Part shown: positions 1 through 10,366 of the stretch, one piece after another
Layout: each line of letters opens with the position of its first letter
Position numbering within the stretch: position 1 is the stretch's first letter
From: Candidatus Gottesmanbacteria bacterium
GTDB taxonomy: Bacteria > Patescibacteriota > Microgenomatia > UBA10105 > UBA927
Assembly: GCA_023245335.1 (NCBI GenBank)
Contig: JAHFKK010000001.1
Coordinates: 299,282 to 363,281, forward strand
DNA length: 64,000 nucleotides
Reading direction: 5' to 3'
Notes under the pieces: generated by a model
Databases searched by the model: none
Seen by the model: only the letters and a program-made list of their open reading frames with translations
Told to the model about the DNA's origin: nothing
Translations under genes and position numbers: made by a program

Positions 1-2251
1 TGTTGCCTACCCACACGACTGCGGTACGTGACGGCGTATAACCGGCGGTCCAATTGTCCCGTTTATCATTGGTGGTGCCGGTTTTTACCGAGACGGTCTT
101 TCCCGGAATAACCAAGGATGAATTCGGACCGAACGCCGCGGTACGCGCCTGATTATCTGCGAGTATGTCGGAAAGAATCCAACTAACGTCAGGTCTCACC
201 GCATCGACGGGCTTTGCGGGCTGGTTATCTTCCAGGACTTGGCCGGTATAATCCGTAACCCGGAGGATAGGAAGGAGAGTCTCGCGTTTTCCCATGTTCG
301 CAAGGGTGCCGTATACTTGTGCCATCTCAAGCATCGTGACGTCTCCGCCTCCCAATGTGAGAGATAGTCCGTAGCGAGTGGGGTCAATCCAGGAATCGAT
401 TCCCATGAGCTTGGCTTTGGCCATCATGGCCGGGAGTCCGACTGCCGCGAGTGTTTTGACGGCAGGAATGTTATAGGAGTTGGCGAGCGCATACCGTAGC
501 GGCACGGGCCCATGGAATTTTCCGTCATAGTTAACCGGTATATAAGCCGGGCTTCCTACTTGTTGGAATACAACCGGCGCGTCGTTTAGAATGGTTGCTG
601 CGGTCATGCCGTTTTCTAGGGCTGTCGCATACGTGACGACTTTGATGGAAGAACCGGGTTGTCGGTGAGAGGTCACGACATTTACATTGCCATCGTGGGC
701 ATCGTCGAAATAATTACGGCTCCCGACCATCGCAAGAATTTCTCCTGTTTTGGGGTTGGTCACGATTGCCGCTCCATTGCCAACCTGGAGATTAGCAAGG
801 CTGTCCACGTTCCGACTGACAATCCTTTGCATCTCATCCTGAACGTTTATGTCTAGAGATGTTGTGACGCGGAGACCTCCCCGTTCGACCAGTCGGGGGC
901 CATATTTTTCTTCCAGAAGCTCTTTGACGTACATGACGAAGTGGGGAGCCCGTATGCCGACACGGGGTTGGGCAAACTGAACAGGTTCGGCAAGAGCCCG
1001 GGTTTCTTCATCACGGGTAATGTCGCCGTCTGCAGCCATACGCGTCAGTACTTCTTTTTGTCTTTCGATCGCCAGTTCCGGGTGTCCGCCGAACGGAGAA
1101 TATTCACTGGGGGCCGCAGGGAGTCCGGCAAGAAGGGCGGCTTGGGCGAGCGTCAATTGGGTAACGGATTTACCAAAGTACGTTTGGGCGGCGGACTCAA
1201 TACCCCATGCGGTGCCACCATAAGGAACCTGGTTGAGGTACATTTCTAATATTTGATCTTTGGTGTAGAGACGCTCGGCCCAAAAGGCGAGAATGATCTC
1301 TTTTGTTTTGCGGACGACGCTGACCTCCGGGGTAAGGAGGGCAGATTTTATAAGTTGCTGAGTGATCGTGGATCCTCCCTGGATTTGTTTGTGGACGACG
1401 ATCTGCGTAGCGGCCCGGACAATACCACGGACCGAGAATCCCGGGTGGTGATAGAAGTCCCGATCCTCAATGGCGAGCGTCGCCTCTTTGACGTAGAGAG
1501 GAATGTTATCTAATTTTACCGGTGTGCGGTTTTGGTCGGTATAGATTTGATACAGGAGCTGTCCGTTCCGATCGAAAATCTTTGTGCTGACTTCCAGATC
1601 CCGTTGGGTAAGGAGTTGGGGATTGGGGAGGCTGCGCAAAAATATGAATGTGTTATACGGGATCATGACAAACATGACTGTCATTCCTATGCCAATGATG
1701 AGTGATTTGATGTGCAAGATAACGCGGGGTTTTCGGGGGGCGGGAAGTTGAATTTTTTTGCGTCTGGTGGGTAGAGAATATTTCATTACCGGAAACCTGA
1801 TTCTCGGGAAAGTAATAACCGGCAGCGTGAGACGCGGTAAGACAATCCGGGGCATGCGGAATTTAGGGAGTGTCACCCTCGGGGGCCGAATCGTAGGAAA
1901 CCGCATAGACGAAGCCGCGGTTTGAATATTCGTGAATGTCCGTGCGATGAGTGTTTGTCGGAAGGTGAATACCGGTTTTGCTTCATGAAGACGTTTCGGT
2001 CGGGGAGCACGACGGCGGGGTTGAATTTCCGTCCATTTTTCATGAAACCACGTGTTGGCAGAGATAGTTGCGTCGTGTACTATCGGCCGAAGATACTGTA
2101 TGAAGAAGGGGGTAAGATGAAGGATAAATGACATGATTATCCGTATAGCATCGCCGATAGCGACAAAGAATAGGATAAAGAGAAGCGCGACCTGGGCAAT
2201 AAGAGGTAATTTGTGTTCCGGCGATGATAGAGGTCTGCGGGGCTTAGTCAC
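1..2251 (-). CDS. Class A penicillin-binding protein (PBP1A family, transglycosylase/transpeptidase), partial at window edge
   Basis: Not in ORF track because it runs off the window. Manual minus-strand translation from GTG 2251 gives IEDRDFYHH and GGSTITQQL (GT51) plus RQPGSSIK, SYN and KTGT transpeptidase motifs; long N-terminal extension. Confidence 0.93.
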   Translation of the reverse strand, partial: MTKPRRPLSSPEHKLPLIAQVALLFILFFVAIGDAIRIIMSFILHLTPFFIQYLRPIVHDATISANTWFHEKWTEIQPRRRAPRPKRLHEAKPVFTFRQTLIARTFTNIQTAASSMRFPTIRPPRVTLPKFRMPRIVLPRLTLPVITFPRIRFPVMKYSLPTRRKKIQLPAPRKPRVILHIKSLIIGIGMTVMFVMIPYNTFIFLRSLPNPQLLTQRDLEVSTKIFDRNGQLLYQIYTDQNRTPVKLDNIPLYVKEATLAIEDRDFYHHPGFSVRGIVRAATQIVVHKQIQGGSTITQQLIKSALLTPEVSVVRKTKEIILAFWAERLYTKDQILEMYLNQVPYGGTAWGIESAAQTYFGKSVTQLTLAQAALLAGLPAAPSEYSPFGGHPELAIERQKEVLTRMAADGDITRDEETRALAEPVQFAQPRVGIRAPHFVMYVKELLEEKYGPRLVERGGLRVTTSLDINVQDEMQRIVSRNVDSLANLQVGNGAAIVTNPKTGEILAMVGSRNYFDDAHDGNVNVVTSHRQPGSSIKVVTYATALENGMTAATILNDAPVVFQQVGSPAYIPVNYDGKFHGPVPLRYALANSYNIPAVKTLAAVGLPAMMAKAKLMGIDSWIDPTRYGLSLTLGGGDVTMLEMAQVYGTLANMGKRETLLPILRVTDYTGQVLEDNQPAKPVDAVRPDVSWILSDILADNQARTAAFGPNSSLVIPGKTVSVKTGTTNDKRDNWTAGYTPSRTAVVWVGN

Positions 2252-2317
2252 GCCACTTTTTATATCACAGTCTATAGGCTTAAACAAGAAGGAATTGCCG
2301 TAGGAACGCTCTAGGCG

Positions 2318-4534
2318 TCATTTTACGATCGCCGGTTTTTCCTGGGGATGCTGGCAGTCCAGGCACCAGTTGGTTATGCTGTCCGATATGACCTGGTGTT
2401 GTTGCATTTCTACATTATCCGTTTGACCGGGGCTTGCAAGATCATTGGTTGTTTTATCGATAGCCACAGTCTGGGTGAGATTTTCCCTCGTGGTAGGGAC
2501 GGTGCCTTTCGTAAAGTATTCAAACCGAGTCGGGCACCCTTTATCACCTGCGTTAGGATCGGGATTCGGCGGAAGGAGCCCCGTCGTCGTACAGATTTGG
2601 GCTCCCACGACGCTATCCGGCTGTTTCGGCCAGATATCCGGTTGGCCGAAAAGTGCGTGTTGCATAAGTTTATTCCAGATAGGAGCCGCTCCCGTAATAC
2701 CGGAAACTAAGTAGCTATTCATCGGATGGTTATCGTTGTTGCCGACCCAGGTGGCGATGAGGAATTGTGGCGTGTAGCCAATGGTCCAGTTGTCACGGAT
2801 ATCATTGGTGGTACCGGTTTTGACTGATACGGCATGGCCAGGGATGACAAGAGCTGAATTGGGGCCGAATTCATCCTGACGGGCGTTGTTGTCGAGAAGT
2901 ATGTGAGAAATAAGAAACGATGTTTCGGGAGATACCACACGGACTCCTGTTTGCAGAAGCTGCGACGGGATGACCTTGCCGAGGTTCGGATCCTTGTATT
3001 GTTGGAGTACCTTGCCGTCTTTGTCGACCACTTTAAGTATTGATACGAGATCGTGTCTCGTGCCGCCGTTGGCAAATACGGAAAATGCCGTCGCCATATC
3101 AGTCATGTGGACTTCGCCGCCTCCCAATGTGAGCGACAGTCCGTAGTGTGTCGGGTCTTTTAACGTGTTTAAACCGAAGGCGGAAGCAGAAGCTACCATA
3201 TCCTGTACGGTGTTGAGGTAGAGCATTTTGACGGCAGGGATATTCAAAGAATTACCCAATGCAAACCGTAATTGTACCGGACCGTGGAATTTCCCGTCAT
3301 AGTTTCTCGGGCAGTATGCAGGCTGGCCGGCAAGATTGGCAAAACATGTGGGTTCATCCAGAAACATCGTTGCAGGCGTGACGATGCGTTTTTCTAGTCC
3401 TATGCTGTAGTTAATCGGTTTGATGGAAGACCCCGGTTGGCGAAGGGCAGTCGTGACATTAAACGATCCTGATGGTGTCGCGAAATAGTCCGTAGACCCC
3501 ACCATGGCGAGTATTTCACCAGTTGAGGGATGGGTGATAAGCGCCGCTCCGTTGGATACGTCAACGGTTTTGAGCTTTGCGACTTCCGCGGCGACGGTTG
3601 CCTGCGCATAGTTTTGCAGATCAAGATCGAGAGTCGTTGTCACTTTAAGTCCGCCCCGTTCTACCAGAGCTTCGCCGTATGTATTTTCAAGCTGGTCCTT
3701 CACGTACATGACGAAATGAGGAGCCTGGATGCCGGTTTCCGGCTTATAGACCAGTGGTTCCGCAAAGGCATCGTCTGCCTGTTTTTGGGTGATGTAGTGG
3801 TCGTCGACCATACGGGTGAGCACTTCTTTTTGGCGCTGTTTTGCATATTCGGGATGGGCCCCATAAGGCGAATACAGCGTCGGGGCCTGCGGCAATCCGA
3901 CCAGAAGAGCGGCTTCGGCGAGACTGACTTGTTTAATGGGTATGCCGAAATATTTTTCTGATGCGGTTTCTATGCCCCACGCGGTCCCGCCGTACGGCAC
4001 GGAATTGAGGTACATTTCCAGAATTTTATCTTTGGAATACAGGAGTTCAACAAGAGGTGCGAGCATAAGCTCCTTCACTTTCCGCGTGATAGTGCGTTCC
4101 GGAGTCAGAAGCGCGGATTTGACGAGCTGTTGGGTGATAGTCGAACCACCCTGGAGTTTGCGGCTGACAACCGATGCCGCAATCGCGCGAAGCAGGCCCC
4201 CGATGGGGTTTATCGCACCGTGTTGATAGAAGTTTTTGTCTTCGATGGATATCGTACCCTGTTGGACGTATTTGGGCATATCGGACAGGGGAACAGGAGT
4301 ACGATTTTGGCCGACGAAGATGTCGAAAAGGAGTTTACCGTTCCGGTCGTATATTTTTGTCGCTACCGGAATATCGTACCTTCCTAAATTCGCGGGAGAC
4401 GGAAGATCCCGTAGGATAAACCAGTAGAATGCGGCGAGCATCAGAAACGGTATGCACCAAAAGATGTATGGTTTCCATGATGACGGAATGCGTGGAAGCG
4501 GCAGTTTGCCAAACGATAGTCTAGGAAAGGACAT
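2318..4534 (-). CDS. Class A penicillin-binding protein (PBP1A family)
   Basis: N-terminal TM; EDKNFYQH, GGSTITQQL, RKVKE; SxxK (PGSSIK), SLN, KTGT. Confidence 0.95.
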   Translation of the reverse strand: MSFPRLSFGKLPLPRIPSSWKPYIFWCIPFLMLAAFYWFILRDLPSPANLGRYDIPVATKIYDRNGKLLFDIFVGQNRTPVPLSDMPKYVQQGTISIEDKNFYQHGAINPIGGLLRAIAASVVSRKLQGGSTITQQLVKSALLTPERTITRKVKELMLAPLVELLYSKDKILEMYLNSVPYGGTAWGIETASEKYFGIPIKQVSLAEAALLVGLPQAPTLYSPYGAHPEYAKQRQKEVLTRMVDDHYITQKQADDAFAEPLVYKPETGIQAPHFVMYVKDQLENTYGEALVERGGLKVTTTLDLDLQNYAQATVAAEVAKLKTVDVSNGAALITHPSTGEILAMVGSTDYFATPSGSFNVTTALRQPGSSIKPINYSIGLEKRIVTPATMFLDEPTCFANLAGQPAYCPRNYDGKFHGPVQLRFALGNSLNIPAVKMLYLNTVQDMVASASAFGLNTLKDPTHYGLSLTLGGGEVHMTDMATAFSVFANGGTRHDLVSILKVVDKDGKVLQQYKDPNLGKVIPSQLLQTGVRVVSPETSFLISHILLDNNARQDEFGPNSALVIPGHAVSVKTGTTNDIRDNWTIGYTPQFLIATWVGNNDNHPMNSYLVSGITGAAPIWNKLMQHALFGQPDIWPKQPDSVVGAQICTTTGLLPPNPDPNAGDKGCPTRFEYFTKGTVPTTRENLTQTVAIDKTTNDLASPGQTDNVEMQQHQVISDSITNWCLDCQHPQEKPAIVK

Positions 4535-4580
4535 GGGAACATTATATAATAAATAGCACCTTTAAGGAGGACAGTTACCT

Positions 4581-5189
4581 ATGTTTACACTTCCTGATCT
4601 CCCATACGCATATAATGCATTGGAACCTTTTATAGACGAACGGACGATGCAGATCCATCATGATAAACACCATGCGGCGTATGTCAAAAATCTGAATGAC
4701 GCCCTCGTCGGTCAGGATGCGCTTCTCGCATTACCGGTTGAGGAACTCATACGGGATTTGACGAAAGTGCCGGAGGCTCTACGGACGAAAGTCAAAAATA
4801 ACGCGGGCGGGCACGCGAATCACAGCTTATTCTGGCAGGTGATGGCGCCAAAGGCGGGTGGAGTTCCTGCCGGCAAGGTTGCCCAGGCTATCGATGCGGC
4901 ATTTGGGTCGTTTACCCAATTTCAGGAAAAGTTTTCGGCGGCTGGCATGGGGCGATTCGGAAGCGGTTGGGTATGGCTCGTGGCTGATGGGGGGAAGCTT
5001 ACGCTCACCGATACACCCAATCAGGACAGTCCGGTGATGGAGGGAAAAACTCCGATACTGACGCTCGACGTGTGGGAGCATGCGTATTATTTGAAATATC
5101 AAAATTTGAGAGCCGATTATATAAAGGCCTGGTGGAATGTGGTGAATTGGGCAGACGTAGAAAAACGGTTTCTCGGGGCTACCACATAA
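4581..5189 (+). CDS. sodA: Fe/Mn superoxide dismutase
   Basis: [36 protein letters not shown]; AAGGAGG SD upstream. Confidence 0.97.
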   Translation: MFTLPDLPYAYNALEPFIDERTMQIHHDKHHAAYVKNLNDALVGQDALLALPVEELIRDLTKVPEALRTKVKNNAGGHANHSLFWQVMAPKAGGVPAGKVAQAIDAAFGSFTQFQEKFSAAGMGRFGSGWVWLVADGGKLTLTDTPNQDSPVMEGKTPILTLDVWEHAYYLKYQNLRADYIKAWWNVVNWADVEKRFLGATT

Positions 5190-5200
5190 TTTTTTTCTCT

Positions 5201-5935
5201 ATGCGTTTTCCTGATGCGTACGCGCTCCGGCGTGAATCTCCCAAAGAGACGATCATATTTGCCGCGAGTCAATTGATGGGTTCTCGCGCCCGGCAGGAAG
5301 ATTATTTCCTTAATTTTAATGACGAATGTTTTGTCGTCGCTGATGGCGTGGGTAGTCTTCCGAACGGAGACACGGCGGCGAAACTCGCCAGCGAAACTGC
5401 GGTGTGGGCATATAAGCATATCCGTCAGCATCGGTATTATTGGTTGGATAAAAAATTGTTTATGAAGCGTATCTTCCGTTCCACCAACCTTGCTGTATGG
5501 CAAAAACGACGGGAGAAAGGTTTTGAGGAGGGGCTCGCGACGACGCTCATGGTACTTATGGTTGGTCCGAAACATATCTGGTTGGGGACCGCCGGGGATT
5601 CCAGTGCGTGGCTCTTCCGCGACGGAGAGATGACAAAGCTGACCCATGACAAATCCGAATTTCAGGATATCCCGCCCCATGTGTTAGGCGTGCAGCGACT
5701 TGGACTCGTTCCGGAATTTTTGACGAGCCCGTTTGACGAAGGGGATGTGATACTTCTGACGACCGACGGCGTCGGGGATTATCTTACGGTACAGGATATG
5801 CAAACGTGCGTGACATCCGTGGGCTCTCGTATGGAGGACGTCACCAATTCGGTCGTATCAGTTCTTCGTGCCGCCCAAACAAACGGTTCGGATGAAAACA
5901 TGACTGCGGTTATCGTAAAGCGTTTGCCGAAATGA
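5201..5935 (+). CDS. PP2C-family Ser/Thr protein phosphatase
   Basis: QED, VADGVG, GDS, TTDGV, terminal DENMT motifs; start moved to ATG 5201 to avoid overlap with sodA. Confidence 0.85.
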   Translation: MRFPDAYALRRESPKETIIFAASQLMGSRARQEDYFLNFNDECFVVADGVGSLPNGDTAAKLASETAVWAYKHIRQHRYYWLDKKLFMKRIFRSTNLAVWQKRREKGFEEGLATTLMVLMVGPKHIWLGTAGDSSAWLFRDGEMTKLTHDKSEFQDIPPHVLGVQRLGLVPEFLTSPFDEGDVILLTTDGVGDYLTVQDMQTCVTSVGSRMEDVTNSVVSVLRAAQTNGSDENMTAVIVKRLPK

Positions 5936-5971
5936 CATTGCACTTTTCTGCAATTCCCCTATACTGAATCT

Positions 5972-7456
5972 ATGCCTGCCGAATTTTTTGATCCTATCAG
6001 TGATCACAAAACACCCCCGACGTATTTCTTTTTTGACGGCACATCATGGAAGGGTAGCGAAAGCGGAAAAACAGTCCCGGTCGTTTCACCCATAGACGGA
6101 TCTCCCGTCGGCAATCTCCCTGTCGTTACAACAAACGAAATTGATCAGGTCATGGCATCAGCAACAGCAGCTCAACCGGCATGGGAGGCGACGGCGCTTA
6201 ATAAACGCGTCTCGGTCATACATTTGGCTGCGGATTGGATCCGTCAGTATCAGGAATATCTGACAAATCTCATGGTCCGCGAGATCGGCAAAAGCGCAGA
6301 AGAAGCAAAAAGCGAAATTGTCCGTACCGCCGACCTCATTGATTATTTTGCGGATGAGGCGGAAGCACTGCGCGGAGAAACCATCGATAGTGATAATTTC
6401 CCCGGATACGAAAAAGGAAAGATCGCAATCGTAGAGCGGGTAGCGCACGGGGTAGTCCTTGCCATCGCCCCGTTTAACTATCCCGTCAATTTATCCGCAA
6501 GCAAAATCGCACCGGCTCTCCTTATGGGCAACAGCGTTGTGGTGAAGCCTCCGACCATGGGAGGTATAAGCGGTTTGCACCTTGTCCGCATATTTGAAAA
6601 AGCAGGTGTACCGCCCGGCGTCATTACCGCAGTAACCGGCACAGGAGATGTGATCGGAGATTACCTCGTGCGGCACCCGAAGATTTCTATGGTCGCCTTC
6701 ACCGGAAGCAGTGACACGGGTCTTGCGATTGCGGGTAAATCCCCGATGAAGCCTTTACTTTTTGAGTGCGGCGGAAATAATCCGGTCGTCGTCATGCCGG
6801 ATGCGGATATTGCCCTTGCTTCCCGCGAAATCATAAAAGGCGCGTTTGCCTACAGCGGCCAGCGGTGTACAGGCATAAAGTATGTCCTGACAACACCGGC
6901 AATACGCGAACAGCTCCTCTCACAAATCGTCAAACTCATGCCGGAGATGGTCAAAGCCGGTGACCCGCGAAGTCCTGATACGAAGATGGTCGGTCCCGTC
7001 ATATCGGAACAAGCGGCAGTCCATGTCGAAGAGGTCATCCAAGAATCGGTAAAAAACGGGGCAACCGTCGTTATGGGAGGGAAACGCGAGAAAGCAATGA
7101 TCGAGCCGACTATATTAACCGGTGTTATTCCGACTATGCCGGTTATTGCGAAAGAAACATTCGGGCCGGTCGTAAGTTTCGTCGATGTGCAATCCTTCGA
7201 TGAAGCAGTCACTATCATCAATCAATCCTCCTACGGATTGCAGGCGAGTGTGTTTACGAAAGATGAAGGGACGGGCATCGTGTTCGGCAGTAAGCTCCAC
7301 GTCGGTTCAGTACAAATAAACGGTTCGCCCCAGCGGGGACCGGATCACTTTCCGTTCTTGGGAGTGAAACACAGCGGCGTTGGTGTCCAGGGCGTGCGGT
7401 ATAGCTTAGAAGCGATGAGTAGGATCCGTCCGATAGTCCTCAATAAGCCTCAGTAG
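5972..7456 (+). CDS. gapN: Non-phosphorylating NADP-dependent glyceraldehyde-3-phosphate dehydrogenase (ALDH family)
   Basis: PFNYPVNLSASKIAPAL, FTGS, ECGG, catalytic Cys in SGQRCT, QRGPDHFPFLG typical of GapN. Confidence 0.88.
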   Translation: MPAEFFDPISDHKTPPTYFFFDGTSWKGSESGKTVPVVSPIDGSPVGNLPVVTTNEIDQVMASATAAQPAWEATALNKRVSVIHLAADWIRQYQEYLTNLMVREIGKSAEEAKSEIVRTADLIDYFADEAEALRGETIDSDNFPGYEKGKIAIVERVAHGVVLAIAPFNYPVNLSASKIAPALLMGNSVVVKPPTMGGISGLHLVRIFEKAGVPPGVITAVTGTGDVIGDYLVRHPKISMVAFTGSSDTGLAIAGKSPMKPLLFECGGNNPVVVMPDADIALASREIIKGAFAYSGQRCTGIKYVLTTPAIREQLLSQIVKLMPEMVKAGDPRSPDTKMVGPVISEQAAVHVEEVIQESVKNGATVVMGGKREKAMIEPTILTGVIPTMPVIAKETFGPVVSFVDVQSFDEAVTIINQSSYGLQASVFTKDEGTGIVFGSKLHVGSVQINGSPQRGPDHFPFLGVKHSGVGVQGVRYSLEAMSRIRPIVLNKPQ

Positions 7457-7460
7457 TCTT

Positions 7461-8984
7461 TTATTCCCATTCCATCGTTGCCGGGGGCTTCGTCGTGATG
7501 TCATAGACAACACGCGAAATTCCGGGCACCTCGTTTACGATGCGGCTTGAGATCGTCTGAAGGAGCGAATAGGGGAGTCTACTCCAGGATGCAGTCATGA
7601 TATCGACAGATCCGTATACGCGAAGTGCCACGACTTCACCATAAAATCTCCCGTCGCCCTTGACGGCAGTACTTTTGGTATCGGTCAACACCGGAAATGA
7701 CTGGAAAACTTTGTTGATCCACCCGCTTCTCCGCATTTCCTCAAGGACTATCCGGTCAGCGTGCTGTTGCCGCGCGAGCCGATCAGCCGTGACCTCGCCG
7801 ATGACGCGTATGGCCTGTCCCGGTCCGGGAAATGGCTGCTGCATAACAATGTCATTCGGGAGATGTAATTTCAAGCCGAGCTTCCGTACTTCATCCTTGT
7901 AGAGCGCGCGCAGCGGTTCGTAGAGTGTCAATCCCATTTGTTCCGGTAAGCCCCCGACGTTGTGGTGACTTTTGATTTTATCGGCGTGTTTGGTACCTTT
8001 GGATTCTATAACGTCGGAGTAGATGGTTCCCTGGATAAGGAACCGTGCGTCAGAATAGCGCCGTGCTGTCTTTTCGAAATAATCGATATAGAGCTTGCCG
8101 ATTGTTTTACGTTTTTCTTCGGGATCTGTGATTCCCCGAAGCGCCGTAAGAAAATGTTTTTTGGCGTCCACGATCTCCAGCGGCACCTTGAGAATTTCGC
8201 GGAATATATGCGTTATCGATTCGTAGTTTTCCGTCCGCATGAGACCGTTATCTATGTAAATAGGTATGAGCCGCTTCCCGATGGCACGAGAGAGGATGGC
8301 CGCGGCGACCGTAGAATCGACGCCTCCCGATACGGCAATAACAGCACGCTTGTCCCCGATGACTTCTTTTGCCGTTTGGATGAAAGTCGCGGGTTTGAGA
8401 ATGATCCGTTTGATGGGGACACCGCAGATTTCTTTGAGAAAATTGCGAATGATGAGTGAGCCGTATTTCGTGTGCTTCACTTCGGGATGAAATTGCAGGC
8501 TATATATTTTTTTATACTCGTTTTGCATCATAGCAACCGGTGCCGTCGTCGTTTTCGCGGGACTGGTGTATCCGGGAGGGGGCATGGTGACGGTGTCGCC
8601 ATGACTCATCCATACCGTGAAGTGGTTGTCGATGATATGGGCAAATAATTTGGAGGGGCCGTTTATTTCGATAACTGCCGGACCGTATTCCTTGGTGCGT
8701 CCTGGTCTTACCTTGCCGCCCAAAAGATATGCGGTGAGTTGGTGTCCATAACAGATGGCAAGGATGGGGATACCCAGAGTAAATATGTTTTTGTCGACCA
8801 TCGGAGCGCCGTTTTGGTTGACAAACGCAGGGCCTCCGGAAAATATGATGCCGTCCGGTTTTTGAAGTCTGATCTCATCCATCGCATCTTCCGGCGGCAC
8901 GATCATGACTGCGGCCCCGCATTCGCGTACGCGCCTGCCAATAAGATGTGCGGTCTGCGATCCAAAATCGATAAGTAATATCAT
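7461..8984 (-). CDS. guaA: GMP synthase (glutamine-hydrolysing)
   Basis: DFGSQ, ICYGHQ, QFHPE, SGGVDS, IKSHHNVGG, C-terminal KPPATMEWE. Confidence 0.97.
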   Translation of the reverse strand: MILLIDFGSQTAHLIGRRVRECGAAVMIVPPEDAMDEIRLQKPDGIIFSGGPAFVNQNGAPMVDKNIFTLGIPILAICYGHQLTAYLLGGKVRPGRTKEYGPAVIEINGPSKLFAHIIDNHFTVWMSHGDTVTMPPPGYTSPAKTTTAPVAMMQNEYKKIYSLQFHPEVKHTKYGSLIIRNFLKEICGVPIKRIILKPATFIQTAKEVIGDKRAVIAVSGGVDSTVAAAILSRAIGKRLIPIYIDNGLMRTENYESITHIFREILKVPLEIVDAKKHFLTALRGITDPEEKRKTIGKLYIDYFEKTARRYSDARFLIQGTIYSDVIESKGTKHADKIKSHHNVGGLPEQMGLTLYEPLRALYKDEVRKLGLKLHLPNDIVMQQPFPGPGQAIRVIGEVTADRLARQQHADRIVLEEMRRSGWINKVFQSFPVLTDTKSTAVKGDGRFYGEVVALRVYGSVDIMTASWSRLPYSLLQTISSRIVNEVPGISRVVYDITTKPPATMEWE

Positions 8985-8986
8985 CG

Positions 8987-9709
8987 TTATTCCTGTCGGA
9001 CCAGAGAAAACCAATAGTTGAACCCTTTCAGCTTGAGTTTTCCCGGGCGCATGGAATCTATCGTCACGAGGGAGTAGATTTCATCGTCCCGGAATCCCGC
9101 TTGCTTGACACGTTCCCGTCCGAGGAATGGCTTTTCGATAACAAATACACAGCCGACCGGAATGGCATTTGCTTCGCGTATGATCGCCAGTAAGTCCGTT
9201 GTTGTTTTGCCGGTATCCAGAAAATCATCACAGATAAGAACCCGGCTTCCCGGAGGGAGGCAATCTTTGGCAACGACGAGTGGTACGGACATACCGTGTG
9301 TATATGAGCGGCTCTGAGTCTTATATGCATCCTGTATGGTGATGGGCATGCCTTTCGGGGCATAGATGATGTCCGGCATTGACGGAAGATTTGCGGCGAT
9401 TGCGACGCTTGGGATGTTACCGGAGGAGGGAGCCGTGAGGATAATGTCGGGTTGGAGATTGGCGACCATGAAGGCAAGTTCTTCGCCTATCGCGTCTATG
9501 AGTCTCGTATTGATGCGATGATTCAAAAAGTGCGTGACGTCCAAAACCAGAAGCGGTGACTCGGAACCCTTCAGGTGATATTCAAAGGATCGCGACTGGG
9601 TGACGAGCGCGCTCGCGAGTAGCTTTTGAGCCCGGGAATAGTCAGAAGATGAGATAAGTTGGAGTGCGGCCTTTGCTTCCGTTACCGGTAATTCCGGGTA
9701 GTCTTTCAT
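8987..9709 (-). CDS. Xanthine/adenine-type phosphoribosyltransferase (Xpt-like)
   Basis: LDVTHFLNH, PRPP motif VLICDDFLDTGKT, VIEK; next to guaA. Confidence 0.8.
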   Translation of the reverse strand: MKDYPELPVTEAKAALQLISSSDYSRAQKLLASALVTQSRSFEYHLKGSESPLLVLDVTHFLNHRINTRLIDAIGEELAFMVANLQPDIILTAPSSGNIPSVAIAANLPSMPDIIYAPKGMPITIQDAYKTQSRSYTHGMSVPLVVAKDCLPPGSRVLICDDFLDTGKTTTDLLAIIREANAIPVGCVFVIEKPFLGRERVKQAGFRDDEIYSLVTIDSMRPGKLKLKGFNYWFSLVRQE

Positions 9710-10284
9710 GTCAGGTGATGTTTTCGGACAAATTTAATTTGTTTGTCGGTATACCCTAGTGTCTCGAGAAATGTCTGGATTTCCGCCTTTGTTTTCCCTT
9801 CTGCCGTCATTTTTTTCGTGAATGTGTATATCCATTCGGTCACCTCAAACGGTTGCAGGAGCCATTTCGTCGTACGGGTCGCGAAATAATCCGGCTGTAC
9901 GCTAGAGTGCGGCTTGTAAAACAATGTAGCGATCGTTATCACGTGCGGCCGAAAGCGTTTGAGATAAGAGACGGCGCGGGTGAGCGTTTTGCCGGTATCG
10001 GCGATGTCATCAACCAGTAAGACTCGTTTCCCGGCAATACGCGATGAGAGTCCTGCTGTAATTTCTACCTGACCCTGTTTTTGAATGTCCGTATAGCTTT
10101 GAATAGTGATAGAAGAGATGGGGACACGCAGAAAGTCAGATAATATGTGCCCGAAAGTGAGACCGCCGCGGCCGATCGCGACGATAATATCAAAGGGTTT
10201 GTCATGAACAATGATCGCTGCCGCAAGTTTTTGTGAGAGGTTTTGGTAGTCGTTCCAGGAAACCGGGAGGTATTGGACGTGCAT
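9706..10284 (-). CDS. Purine phosphoribosyltransferase (Hpt/Gpt-like)
   Basis: AIGRGGL, VLLVDDIADTGKT, KP...PDY. Confidence 0.88.
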   Translation of the reverse strand: MHVQYLPVSWNDYQNLSQKLAAAIIVHDKPFDIIVAIGRGGLTFGHILSDFLRVPISSITIQSYTDIQKQGQVEITAGLSSRIAGKRVLLVDDIADTGKTLTRAVSYLKRFRPHVITIATLFYKPHSSVQPDYFATRTTKWLLQPFEVTEWIYTFTKKMTAEGKTKAEIQTFLETLGYTDKQIKFVRKHHLT

Positions 10285-10289
10285 ACGCT

Positions 10290-10360
10290 AGTATGCGGGT
10301 GAATCGGCGATTTTGTCAATAATTATTTTCGCTTGACGAATACGGGGGCGGCTTTATAAT
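10290..10360. promoter_or_regulatory. Divergent sigma70-type promoters for the PRTase-guaA operon (-) and cmk (+)
   Basis: Plus: TTGACG 10333-10338, 16 bp, TATAAT 10355-10360. Minus: TTGACA (10319-10314), 18 bp, CATACT (10295-10290). Confidence 0.65.
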
Positions 10361-10366
10361 AGGTGC

